Assembly (NCBI GenBank): GCA_977862235.1
Contig: OZ374564.1
Location: 2,604,001-2,668,000, forward strand
Source: Dudresnaya verticillata
Lineage: Eukaryota
DNA length: 64,000 nt
Reading direction: 5' to 3'
The notes beneath the pieces were generated by a model. That model ran no database searches, was not told where the DNA came from, and worked only from the letters and a program-made list of their open reading frames with translations. A program made the translations under genes and the position numbers. Position 1 is the stretch's first letter. Every line of letters begins with the position of its first letter. Positions 49,612 to 60,909 of the stretch are shown piece by piece.

Positions 49612-50133
49612 TTAGCAATCGCTGCTATCGTGTTTCCGCATATACAGCCCTTCACAACTAGACAGTTCATTGTTCAGGCTCCTCATGATGCACATCCTCA
49701 CCTCCGGTTTCATTGCGCGGCTGTTGGACATGTAGAATTTTGTGCAAAGCAGACGTGTGTAGCGGTCCAGTTGATACGCGTTCTCTCCGCCCCTGTGCAG
49801 CGTTTCGACGATCGCGAAGTCTATAGCATGGGCTGCACCGTGCACGTACTTGCCCCTTCCCACGAGAAAGATTTTCTTCAGCAACAACCTGTACAGCTTG
49901 TCCAAATCTTTCTGATGGTGGGAATGCTCCATCATCGTCTTGTCTGCGAAAAATTGCTGTGATGATTCCCAAGCCATTTGGGCACGATCCAGGTCATTGT
50001 GGTTGTCCAGAATGTCGTCGTCACTGCTAGGGCTTTGGTGCGTCCATTTTCGTGCCTCACGATGAAGATCTTCCTCCATCCGACGTTTAACGGCGTTGTA
50101 TAGCTTTCCCACATCCAGAATCAAGTCATCCAT
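49612..50133 (-). CDS. Hypothetical helical protein inside the CACTA-like element (173 aa)
   Basis: ATG-initiated with protein-like composition; no recognised motif. Confidence 0.5.
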   Translation of the reverse strand: MDDLILDVGKLYNAVKRRMEEDLHREARKWTHQSPSSDDDILDNHNDLDRAQMAWESSQQFFADKTMMEHSHHQKDLDKLYRLLLKKIFLVGRGKYVHGAAHAIDFAIVETLHRGGENAYQLDRYTRLLCTKFYMSNSRAMKPEVRMCIMRSLNNELSSCEGLYMRKHDSSDC

Positions 50134-50641
50134 GGTCTCAATACAGCGGTATTCTGGTCACAGCAGATTATGGTGATGAACGAACACTTTGTTTCATCTC
50201 AGCTCTCTTTCCGAAATGGCCGAGGCCTTTACCTACGACAGGATCACTGCGTGCCAGGGCAATACATGGTCCATCTTTCCACGAGCTGACGGGTGTCCAT
50301 TTCATATGCGTTGGAGACAGCCCTGGGCGCACTCCGGTATGTAGTCGATCAATCACTTACTGCCAATATGCCGCAACGTTTCCAACAGCTGCAGCAGTAC
50401 GGTACATGTGCCACACTCGCGACAGCCTTCCGTGACAGATTCTGTTTGGTGGACCAAATATAACCCCCGCGTTCATAGTACGGCACGTGGAAGCACTGGC
50501 GTTATTCGAGTAAATGGTGCCTGAACGACGTCGAATTCATGTACCATGGCGGAAGCAAGACGCAAAGACATGTTCAGAATACGGATGCTCGAGAAATGTT
50601 CAATTCGGCCTATGACAATAGTACTGTACTGACTATAATTC

Positions 50642-52539
50642 CTACCCAATCTTCTTCATGTTGTGCAAGTCCCACGAGAACAACAAACCGTTTAGGTCCT
50701 TGAGATTGGCAGGAGGGTCCTCTACTCCCTTGAATATATACGGATACGAACTTAGCTCATACTCCGCCATGACCTTCAAACTGTAGACTACCACAAGATG
50801 CTCCCCTGGTTTGGCAGATTCTGACAGATCGTGGCCGTGCAAGCGTTCATTCCAGTTCCCTCCTGGAGTCTTTTCAGGATGCAACACGGCCTCCCCCACT
50901 TCCTTATCATCTGCAAGAAGCGTGACTCTGTCTCCGGCCTTGGGCATTGCACTAGGTTCAGGTGTTTTCCTTCTCCTGCACTTTTCATTTTTCTCCACAC
51001 TTCCTACAACTTTGTCTTCACTCCTGCCGTGCTTCTCGATACTCTCTTCGGGGTCATCCAATACGTGCTCGGACGGTGTCGTCAGATGGGACATTTCAGG
51101 TCCCTTCCTCGTTACGGAATGGTTTGTTGGTGGAGCAGAATCTGTTTTGACAACACTACCTCTTGCTGCCTCACCGATACCATTCAGTTTGTCATGAGCA
51201 CTTGATTCCAAACGTTTACGACCTGTCTTCATTTCATATGCTTCCGTGGCAAGCCTACGCAAACGTTCAGCCCCCAGCTTGAATGTTTCGACCTGTGATT
51301 CGATTAGTGTACACCGACGATCTGTTCTGAGAGCTGCAATCCCAGTCGTCATGGTTCCGCTGTGCATATCCAGAACTGACCCGCCCTCCGGACAGAATGT
51401 TGTCATTATCTCCACAAGTACTTCGGGAGACTTCTCTTCGACCAGAACTGAGGACTTGGTGCCTGGGCATAGCAACTTGTGTTTCGGTGTTGGTAGAGAG
51501 GACATGCACGCGAATTTCCGCTTTTCTGGGGAGGGGATGCAGTGATACTCGCTCCTGAGGTCGAGCGAGAACCCTCCGCCATGCTGACCTGGGGCACGCG
51601 CCATGACGGCTATTTCCACACAGTTCTGGGGCATATCGCTCCCCCGATGTTCCTGTATGGTCTTGGGGTCTTTGGAGAATACGAATGGGTATGCTGGGCA
51701 CATGAATTGTGCCTTCTTCAGAGCATCGTGGAATACACTGAAGTTCAGGAATGACGTGAAAACAAACAACCACCCCCTGCTACAAGTACGCGCCTCGAGA
51801 ACTCAACTATCTTCTTAATGTCTTCCTCGCTGAGGTAATTATCGAATGACCTTCCCGACTTAGACTGCGATTTCGGTGTACCGTATGGTGGATCAGTGAG
51901 GATTAAATCGAATCGTTTGTCACCTTCCTTCCTTACGGTACTGTCGTAGCTCTGCCATGTCATCTGAAAGCATGTCAGTTTCATTTCCGCAAGATAATCT
52001 ATTGGAACAGAAAGCGATCCGTCCTCCACCGGCACAGCCTTAGTACCCATGTTGAGACGAACAAACTGCTTTGATGAAACAGTTGATACAGTGGGGTCTG
52101 TGGGACTCTTTTCCGGTACAGAAAGGTCTTTGGCTGCACATGCAGCTTTAGGGTCTGCGTTCTGGACGGGTGCCTGTCCAGATTCTGCTGGTTCGCGACC
52201 TTCTTCCCTTTTCGAATTGGTCGATGTTACTAAGTCTAAAACCTCTTCGTCGTTAGAGATTCCGGTAGCGTCCACCTGCGGTGACAACGTGCAGTCCAAA
52301 TTCTGTTGACCGTCAGAATCTTTTGCTCCACATTCGTTGGAACCCGGGCGGGCCATGACAGCGTCATCACGTCTGCCTTCTGTCGAATCCATCACAGTTT
52401 GCAGATCTTTGTACTTCTGCAACTTCACTGGGGCCTCTTCCGGACAACACTCTCTGTACATCTCAACTATTGTTTTCAATAGTGTACGGTCATTACCTCG
52501 ATTCATGATGACCTCGACGTCCAGCTTCGTAGTGTGTAA
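50642..52539 (-). pseudogene. Beta-class amino-DNA methyltransferase (N6_N4_Mtase type) fused to an En/Spm TnpA-like C-terminal domain; 1-nt frameshift at 51773-51777; 5' part cut off by Gypsy 2
   Basis: FDLILTDPPYG (DPPY at 51883-51894), SRRVLVAGG/WLFVF, then EEKSPEVLVEIMTTFCPEGGSVLDMHSGTMTTGIAALRTDRRCTLIE: catalytic motif before SAM-binding motif. Confidence 0.85.
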
Positions 52540-53188
52540 TGTGGTGCAACTCACCTGTGCTCATTTCCCTCAAATCGCGGATTCACCGCCAGCAACGTAC
52601 TTGGGGACTGCCCCTGTAAGGCGCCCGGCCTGACAGTGCCCGGCACCCTCTGCCAGCAAGGATGGCCCCGCAAGACGACAACGCGTACACGTGCACATGT
52701 GCGCCCCCTTGACGCACACCGTTCAGCCACACTACCACTAGGCTGACAGTTGATATTTTAGTAGATAATTATAGAATTGTGCGCGCCACGTAATGCCAAG
52801 TGGCGCGCCCCCTTCCCCTACCTTAATCCGCCACCAAGGCGCACCCACCTCCTACATAGTATATTAGGGCCCTGAGGTGCGCCCTCATACAGTAAACGGC
52901 CAAGCTTGGGCCCAGCGAGACGTACCCTCCTACCCTATCGACTCCCTCTCTAGGCTGGACTCCAGTACGTACGCTACCCTTCTTCATCGTACGGAATCCT
53001 GTTTTTCTCTTATTTTTCCCTCGGTTTCTCTTCCTTTCTAGGGTAACCCCCTTTCTCGGTCTTGTAGTGTTTTACAGTCGCACTACGGGGCTACTCCCCT
53101 GCTCTACCGCTACTACCTCACCTGCTACCGCCAGGCCCCCGAACCGCCTGAGGTGCATCCTCGATTCTACCGAGTGGATTGCACCACA
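52540..53188 (+). repeat. 5' LTR of Gypsy 2 (649 bp)
   Basis: 10-bp inverted ends TGTGGTGCAA...TTGCACCACA; candidate TSD TGTAA at 52535-52539. Confidence 0.93.
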
Positions 53189-53190
53189 TT

Positions 53191-53206
53191 TGGTCTCCCG
53201 ACCTAG
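53191..53206 (+). other. Primer binding site of Gypsy 2
   Basis: TGGTCTCCCGACCTAG 2 nt after the LTR, complementary to a tRNA end ...GGGAGACCA. Primer tRNA not identified. Confidence 0.75.
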
Positions 53207-53293
53207 AAGTTCGGAAATTTCGATTGGCTACGTTACCTACGTTACGGAACTCCCGTTCTTCTAGTTCAAACCTTTAAGTTGCAGTTATCTGCC

Positions 53294-55718
53294 ATGCCCA
53301 CCCGTCAACAGCCGTCTTCGGCAAGGTCTGTACCAACGCAGACTGCTGCCAATATGGTGACGCGTGCACGTGCGCAGGCAAGCCCTGCGGTCCAAGCCGC
53401 TTTTTCGGCAATAGCCAATGAGGGGGTTCCGCGCATTCCCCCCTCGGTGGAGATCGTACCTCCTGCCCCAGCCGGGACTCTCCCGACTGGGCAAGACCAA
53501 GGCGGGCAGCCGGCACCTCCGCCGCCGCTGCCCAATCCTCCGCCGCCGATTTCGGCATCACTTCCGCCTCCGGTGGAGTCACCCACAATCCAAGAGGAAG
53601 CACCTCGTGTTGCCTTCATACACGGGGCAACTATTCCCCGAAGTGCAATTCAAGAGGTTTGCGTCATGGCAGGCCAGGCTTTTGCCGCCCGGCTGTCGCG
53701 TCAGATAACGGACAGCCTGGCTTTGGTCAACCAACGTATCAACGAGGTTAGTACTCGAATTGACCTCGTCCTGGAGAATCCTCCACAGAACCACCCGGAC
53801 CTCGCCGTTGAGGTCCGCACACTTCGAGGAGACGTTAAACGCCTCCTCGAAACCTACGGGGCTACTCCCGCAAGGGGGTCCAGTCCGAATCCCCCAAGCC
53901 TACCCGCGGAGCTTCCGCTCGATGACCGCATTACGCGGATTGCCGACCGCTTGGAGCGACTAGAGGGCATATGCCTCAACGAGCGCGAATCGCCAGTACA
54001 TCCCGATGGCCGGGGCGCGAACCGACGACAAGTCGAATTCGACAATCGCCATCGACAAGGGGACACCTACCCTAAGGACAGTTGCCCGTACGGGTGTGCT
54101 GACCACCCGCATGATGACGATTATCGTCAAGAACGCCGAGAAGAACGGCGTCAAAGCCGGCATCGTGACACAACGCGGAATACCCGCAGTCGCCACCACC
54201 ATCGTCACGGCTACGGAAGTTCCTCCAGGTCGGCTTCCGACAATTCGGACTCAGACCGCTCCGATGGAGAAGTTTGGGGAAATCCCCGTCGCGACGATGG
54301 TACACGACGCAAGGGGCCGCGGTATAAGCTCCTCAAGGAGCTTAAACCAACGAACCCCTTGTATGACCAATTGCTGTCCTACAGGTACTACCGCCTACAG
54401 AATACGGAACAATCCCGTACAAGCCGACAGACCGGCAAGATCAAAGACCAGATCAAAAGACTGGAGTTAACCATGAAGGATTGTTCCTTTAACGGGGAAG
54501 ACCCGTGTTGATTTTGGAGTTTCTCTCCCGGTTAGTCGACGAAGCCGACACTCTCGACATGTCGGAAGCACAGGCGTTCATCGCCTTGCCCTACTTCTTA
54601 CGCGGAAATGCCGCTACTCAATTTCGCTCCGTCAAGGCCGCTCCGTCCCGTTCTAATGGAGGAGTATCCTCATGGCCCGAAGCTGTGCAGTATCTTCTGC
54701 GGACCTACGCGACACCGAGCGCGCTACGTGAGGCAATCCTCGAGCTCCGCGCTCTCCGGCAGAACGCGGGCGAATCGGAAACACGCTTCGGGATGCGACT
54801 CTCGAAAGCGTGTAACCGATGTGGCAACGTCCACAAGGCGTGGGAGAAGATGACGTACTTCATCGACGGCCTTGACCCGAGCATCCGCTCGCTGGTCGCC
54901 CGATATCGAGAGGAAACTCCTCGTCACGAATTTTCGTTTGAACGACTAGTGCATTACGCACAAGACGAAGGTGAAGCTCACCGTGGAAGAAGTCGCGCAC
55001 CACGCGCTGGACAAGACCAACTCGCGGGCCGCAACGCGACTTCAGGAGGACGTCGTCCAGGGCGCGGAAATTCCGCTATGATGGCCGAGTCGTCAGTTGA
55101 ATTCCGAGACGGAAGTGGAGTTCCACGTAGGCAGGTGGGCGAGCAGGATGCCGAGGTGCACCTCTTGTACCCAGACGCGGCACTGCTCTCGTCCGACCCA
55201 CCTACCGACTCACAAGTAGGATCCTACGGAAGCGAAGATAACGCGTTTCTTATGCGCTCTCGTCAAGTACCGGCCCCGCGCATCCCATACCAGGAGCATT
55301 CGCCTGGGATGACGCGCGCACGGCCGGGCTGGCAAGATAGGGGAAATCCCCAAAGGAACTTCGGCCCCAAGCAGACAGTCATCTGCCACATTTGCTACAA
55401 GCCTGGGCATGTTTCGCCCGAATGCTTCCTGGCATAATCCTCAGGTAGTCCTTCCTGGCATGGAAAGACTACCTGAGGATTATCCTCAATTATGAATCGC
55501 TCAGTGCGGTCGACCGCGAGCGTGTGCAGGCTACGTCCTACATGAAGGCGAAAGCACAGGCCCAATACGACGAGGCAAGGCCTCAAGGTCGACCGCAGGG
55601 ACCGCCCAACGTGGTACCCCACACTAGCGAACGCCACCCTCAGGCGTTCGCGCCCGCTGGACAGCCCCCTGCGAATGGACGCGACGGACGAGCGGACATC
55701 CGCAATGCGGAAAACTAG
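53294..55718 (+). pseudogene. gag of Gypsy 2 (disrupted near 54505 and 55437)
   Basis: FNGEDP, capsid-like helices, FIDGLDPSIR, CCHC knuckle CHICYKPGHVSPEC. Confidence 0.88.
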
Positions 55719-58700
55719 TCGGGGTCACACCCCCTTTGACTGGGGAGCTTCAACCGGAACCATCTCAGATCGAAGCTCAAGGGTCACGACCCGACAAGCA
55801 GGAGGATATAACTCCAAAGACTATACTGCAGAACCCTGCAAGGACTAGACGGACCTCGGCCTCGCCACCAATGGCAGGATTACGCAGGCCCTGGCACCGG
55901 TACCGTCCACCGCATGCACAAGGCGAATTGCTGATAGCGGCAAAGCGCAACTTTAAAGTATACGCAGATACGGGTTTACACCCAAGCTACCTATCGCGTA
56001 AACTTACTGTGCTAGATACCGGTGCCGGTCCCAACTTTATCAGAAAATCTGAACTACCACCTCAAGCGGAGTCCCACATTCGAGAAGGGGACATCCCCAC
56101 AATCAGCGACGCCAACAATCGGCCGTTGCAAACATCCGGCGTCATCGCCTTGGTCGTTCGGCTGGGCGACCGCATTGTCAAACTTGACTCTATTGTGTGC
56201 GAGAGACTCGCCGCCCCGGTCATCCTCGGATGTGACTTCTGCGACCGTTTCGTAGAAGCCATCTATCCGAGGAGCCGTGAAGTCGAACTCGACAATGGGA
56301 CTCGCGTGCCGATTACGCGGCGACCATTGAAGCGACCGCCCACGGCTCCGCCACTACCCGATGATCAGGAGTATGAGCCACTACGAGGCCACACCTCAAC
56401 GAAAATACGCGTAGCGGGACGAACCGTAATCCCAGTCCAAGCGCAAAAGTGGGTTTCGGTAACCACAGAACGCGCGGGGCTGATTTGCCTTCAGCCCTAC
56501 GACAAGCCGTACCACCGGCAGGGAATCATCGCAACGAATGGCATAGCCCATGTTGAACCAAAGCGGCCGTTCCGCATTCTAGTCGCGAGCTTCACCACGC
56601 ACGACCAAGTTCTTCCGAAGAACCAGGTCGTCGCTACCGCCCTCCCGCACCTCACCGCCGTGGTGCCCAGTCCCATCCGGCTGGCGGACGTACTTGGGTT
56701 GGCTGACTTAGCGGACGAAGCCGCAACAAAAACCCAACGATTGGGAAGACTTTCGAATACGACAAACAAAGGTGACGCTCACGCGAAGACCCTTGAAGCT
56801 GAAAACGAACCTCCACCTTCGGTGGACGACGTGGATTTATCCCACCTGACGGAGAATCACGCCGAGCGCGTGCGGGATTTACTTGGTAGGTTTTCTACAA
56901 TGTGGGATGGTTCACTAGGTGAAATCACCACTACGGAACATTACATCGATATGATTCCGGGTACGAGGCCGTTCTCGTGCCCACCCTATCGGGCGGGTCC
57001 GAAGCAACGCCAAGTGGAACAAGCGGAAGTTGACCGCATGCTACGAGCTGGTGTTATAGAACCGGCACAATCTCCCTGGGCGTCTCCAGTTGTTTTGGTG
57101 CCTAAAAAGGACGGTACCTTACGATTCTGTGTCGATTACCGACGTTTAAATGCCGCAACTGTTCGGGATACCTACCCGTTACCTCGCATCGATGAATGCA
57201 TCGATTCACTCGGCGAAGCGAACGTCTTCACTACGCTCGATTGCAACTCGGGGGATTGGCAAATCCCCATCAACGGTCGCGATCGTGACAAAACCACGTT
57301 TACTTGTCATGCGGGAACCTTCCGCTACAAGCGAATGCCATTTGGCCTTACCAATGCACCCGCTACCTTCCAGCGGACCCTGTATATCCTGCTCTCAGGT
57401 TTCAAGTGGCAGACATGCCTCGTTTACTTGGACGATGTAATCATCTACTCCAAGGACGTGGAATCCCACTTTAAACACGTCGAACAGATCCTGACTGCAT
57501 TGGACCAAGCTGGGGTTACCCTCAAACTCAAGAAATGTGACTTATTCACAAACACCGTCGACTACCTGGGCCATATCATCCGCCCCGGCGAACTGCGGAT
57601 CGACCCAACGGTCACTGCGGCCCTCCGCAAAGCAAAACACCCACGTACGCAAACGGAATTGAGGTCTTTCCTCGGATTGTGTAACGTATATAGGAGGTTT
57701 GTCCCCAATTACTCTCACGTGGCAGGACCACTGAACCGGCTCCTCAAAAAGGATCACCCGGACAATATTGAGTCGCTCGACGACAAGCAAGAGGCCGCGT
57801 TCCAGACGCTGATCAAAGCTGTCACGGAACCACCAATACTATCTCTGCCAAAACCTGGCTTGCCCTATTCTGTCGATACCGACGCGTCGAACTACCAGGT
57901 CGGCTGCGCCTTATTCCAAACGCACACCGACGGTACGAGGAAACCCCTCGGGTACTGGTCCCGTTCTCTGCAAGCCGCCGAAAAGAACTACTCGGTTTCC
58001 GAGAAGGAGTGTTTGGCATTGGTGTGGGCTGTTACCACTTTACGACCCTACCTACAAATGGAAAGGTTTACCATACACACCGATCACTCCTCTCTTCTTT
58101 GGCTAATGGAGATTAACGACCCCTCCGGGCGCCTTATGCGCTGGCGCTTACGTATGTCGGAATTCGACTTTGACGTCCGCTACAAGAAGGGACGCATTAA
58201 CACCCAAGCGGACGCCCTTTCGCGTCTTCAAACGCTTGGCGAAACCCAAGTCGATATCGACGACGACATTCCGTGTTTCCACGTTGAGACGGACGCCCCT
58301 TCAACCTGCGCCGTTTGCGATAATGAGGAATTCCTCGAATTGGACGACGAAGTCTCCGACCAACTCCTTCTGGCGAATCCGCCGTCCAACCAACCTGGGC
58401 TCTTGCGCCCAATCACGCCGGAAGAACTTCTTCAAACGCAATAAACAGATGCCTTCTGCACCTCGCTGCGTTCTCGTCTTAGCGGGGGGAGGGGATACCG
58501 TTCGCGCTGGACGAGACAGGAGTCCTCATTCGCACACGAGAGGCACTTCCTCAAATTGTGATACCCTTTACTCTTCGCGCACGTGTGCTACACCTGGCAC
58601 ACTTCCCGAAACTATCCGGACATCCCGGTGGTCGCAAGATGTATTACTCACGCCGTAGATCATTCTACTGGCCTTCCATGGCTGTGGACTGTTACGCCAC

Positions 58701-60909
58701 CGTAAGAAACTGCACAACGTGTGCACGCAATCGCGTTATGCTACGCCGTAATACAAAGCATATGAAGCTGTTTCCAGCAAAAGCACCCCTGGAGTTTGTC
58801 TCCATTGACATCTATGGCGAACTGATTCGCACGAAACGAGGCAATCGATTCCTCTTGGTCATCACAGACCGTTTCTCCAAACTCGTTCGGACAGTTCCGA
58901 TGAAGAAGATTACGGCTGCGAAAGTTGTCGAAGCGTTTATTACGCATTGGGTCTACGTCTACGGACCCCCGTTGTACCTACTATCGGATAATGGCGCACA
59001 ATTTGCCGCAAAGTTGTTTCAGTCGTTATGCGGAACTTTGGGGATCAAAAACCTCTTTACTACAACCTATCACCCCCAATGCAATGGGCAGGTTGAGCGG
59101 TTCAACCGCACAATGCGCGCCGCGCTACTGCACTACGTTGCGGACCATCCGCGTGAATGGGATCTATTCTCAGATGCCATCACCTACGCGTACAATACGC
59201 AAGTTCATTCTACCACGAACCTGGCCCCCTTCCAGCTGGTACTTTCCAGACCTCCACCCGCTCTAAGCGTCGAGGCACATCCCTCACTGGAACCAGTACC
59301 GAGTTCGGCTACATTCCACGCCAAGTGGCAGTCCTGGCTCACAGGACTACTGTCAACGGCCACAAAAGGCGTTGATCAGACACAAGCGCGATACAAACGC
59401 AATTTCGATAATAGGGTACGTTCCTCACGCGACGTCATCGGAGTAGACTCCTACGTCTACGTACGTAAGGAGTACTATGGGAAGGATACCCCAAAACACA
59501 AACTGGCGCCTATCGCCGATGGCCCCTATCGCGTGAGTGACGCAAATGATAAGACGGTCACCGTCGAGAAGGACGGACCCGAATATGAGCGGATTTCCCG
59601 CGACAGAGTCGTGTTGGCACCCGCCCCACCAAGGGACGCGACCAACCAAGCCGACGCCGAAGGGACGGCAGGCCCGACAGATGCGGATTTACTGCCAACA
59701 AACGATCTCAATAACGATCATACTCGAGTACAGTGCCCTGACGGAGCTACTGTGTCTCACGGGGAAAATGCCCCAATTACTTTTCACGCTGTGGCGCCAG
59801 CCATACAACCACGCAATGATCGCGGGTTGGCGGATTTACCGCCGCCCATAGTACCCGGACGCACCGCTGGCGTCCGCTTGCGGACTACCGCAATTCACTC
59901 ACCACCGGCCACACGCGCTGAAGCCTCTGTCTCCACTCCAACCCCTGCTCCCGCAAACCCGGAGCCGGGATCTGGGCCAGCGAACGACGCCCTCGCAGAT
60001 GGGCACTCCATTGCGGATCACCCGCACGCCGCTTCGGCAAGCACCAAGACCGTCAACGGTACAGCAAGAGAGGAAATACCTCGCCAGCAGCAACCTGCAC
60101 ACAATACAGGCACAGCCGCCGCCCCGGGGAATACTCCTCAAGCGGAGCCCCTCTCACAACCAACGAGAACTACCCTTGATAATGTGGATATTCCACAAGA
60201 ATCAACAAAGCCGGACATACTCCGCAAAGGTTCGCCTACTCGTCGAACAACCGAGAGCCCCGAGCCAGGGCCCCCTAGAAGGGCCGAAACCCGACGCGTT
60301 GATAGTAAGGATCACGCCCTCAAAAGCGCGACACGCGATGTGTCGCCAGGCGCATTGAGAACGCAAGACCATTCCAAGGAGAATTCTCCACGCCCATCAG
60401 GAAAGAGCGTCACATTTGACGACAGCATTAGGGAAATCCCTACGCGGCCTGTCGTGAGCCAGAACCTCGGAGCAGAAGCGGCAGACCGCAATCAAGGAGC
60501 AACCGCGACCATTGGCGCGCCAAGCCCCAGACGGAGTCGCCGTATAGCTACCGCCGCGCCACGCGCGTCACAGTTGGATACTCGGCAAGAGGACCCCCCT
60601 CAAGCACCGCCGCCTAATGACACCCTGTCATCAAGGCACCGACACAATGACGGCACTCCACCACGTGACGAGTATGTCATCGAAAAAGTGGTAAACCACA
60701 GTTATGATAATACAGAACTTCTGTTTGAAGTCAAATGGTACGGCTTCCGTCTTCGCAAAATACATGGGAGCCCATACAACATCTACCGCGGATTCAAGTT
60801 ATCTCCTATTGTAAGAGGAGACGTCTCGGCGTCCCCTCCACCATCACCAAAGCAATGGTGGGCTAGCCCCGAAACGGGACGCGCGGACGCGGCTACTAAG
60901 TCCAAATGA
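55715..60909 (+). pseudogene. pol of Gypsy 2 (PR-RT-RNase H-IN-chromodomain; stop at 58442-58444, frameshifts near 58490 and 60750)
   Basis: LDTGAG, LRFCVDYRRLN, MPFGL, YLDD, TDASN, KECLA, TDH, integrase HHCC and DDE, EYVIEKVVNH...FEVKWYG/TWEP. Confidence 0.95.

Larger units (their letters stand above)
48222..52539 (-). mobile_element. CACTA/EnSpm-like DNA transposon, one end (remainder beyond Gypsy 2)
   Basis: CACTA starts exactly where the DIRS RT breaks, followed by ~1 kb of CCGCATTC-rich subterminal repeats; the internal gene ends in a TnpA/ORF2-like domain. Second TIR and transposase are not in the window. Confidence 0.65.

Noticed and set aside
50642..52539. MTase as the known DIRS-associated methyltransferase domain
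   Set aside because: The DIRS domain follows RT/RNase H on the same strand. This gene is on the opposite strand, inside a separate insertion, and has beta-class motif order.
50642..52539. Bacterial contamination or a restriction-modification operon
   Set aside because: Contiguous with eukaryotic TEs, has long low-complexity linkers, and no endonuclease partner is visible.
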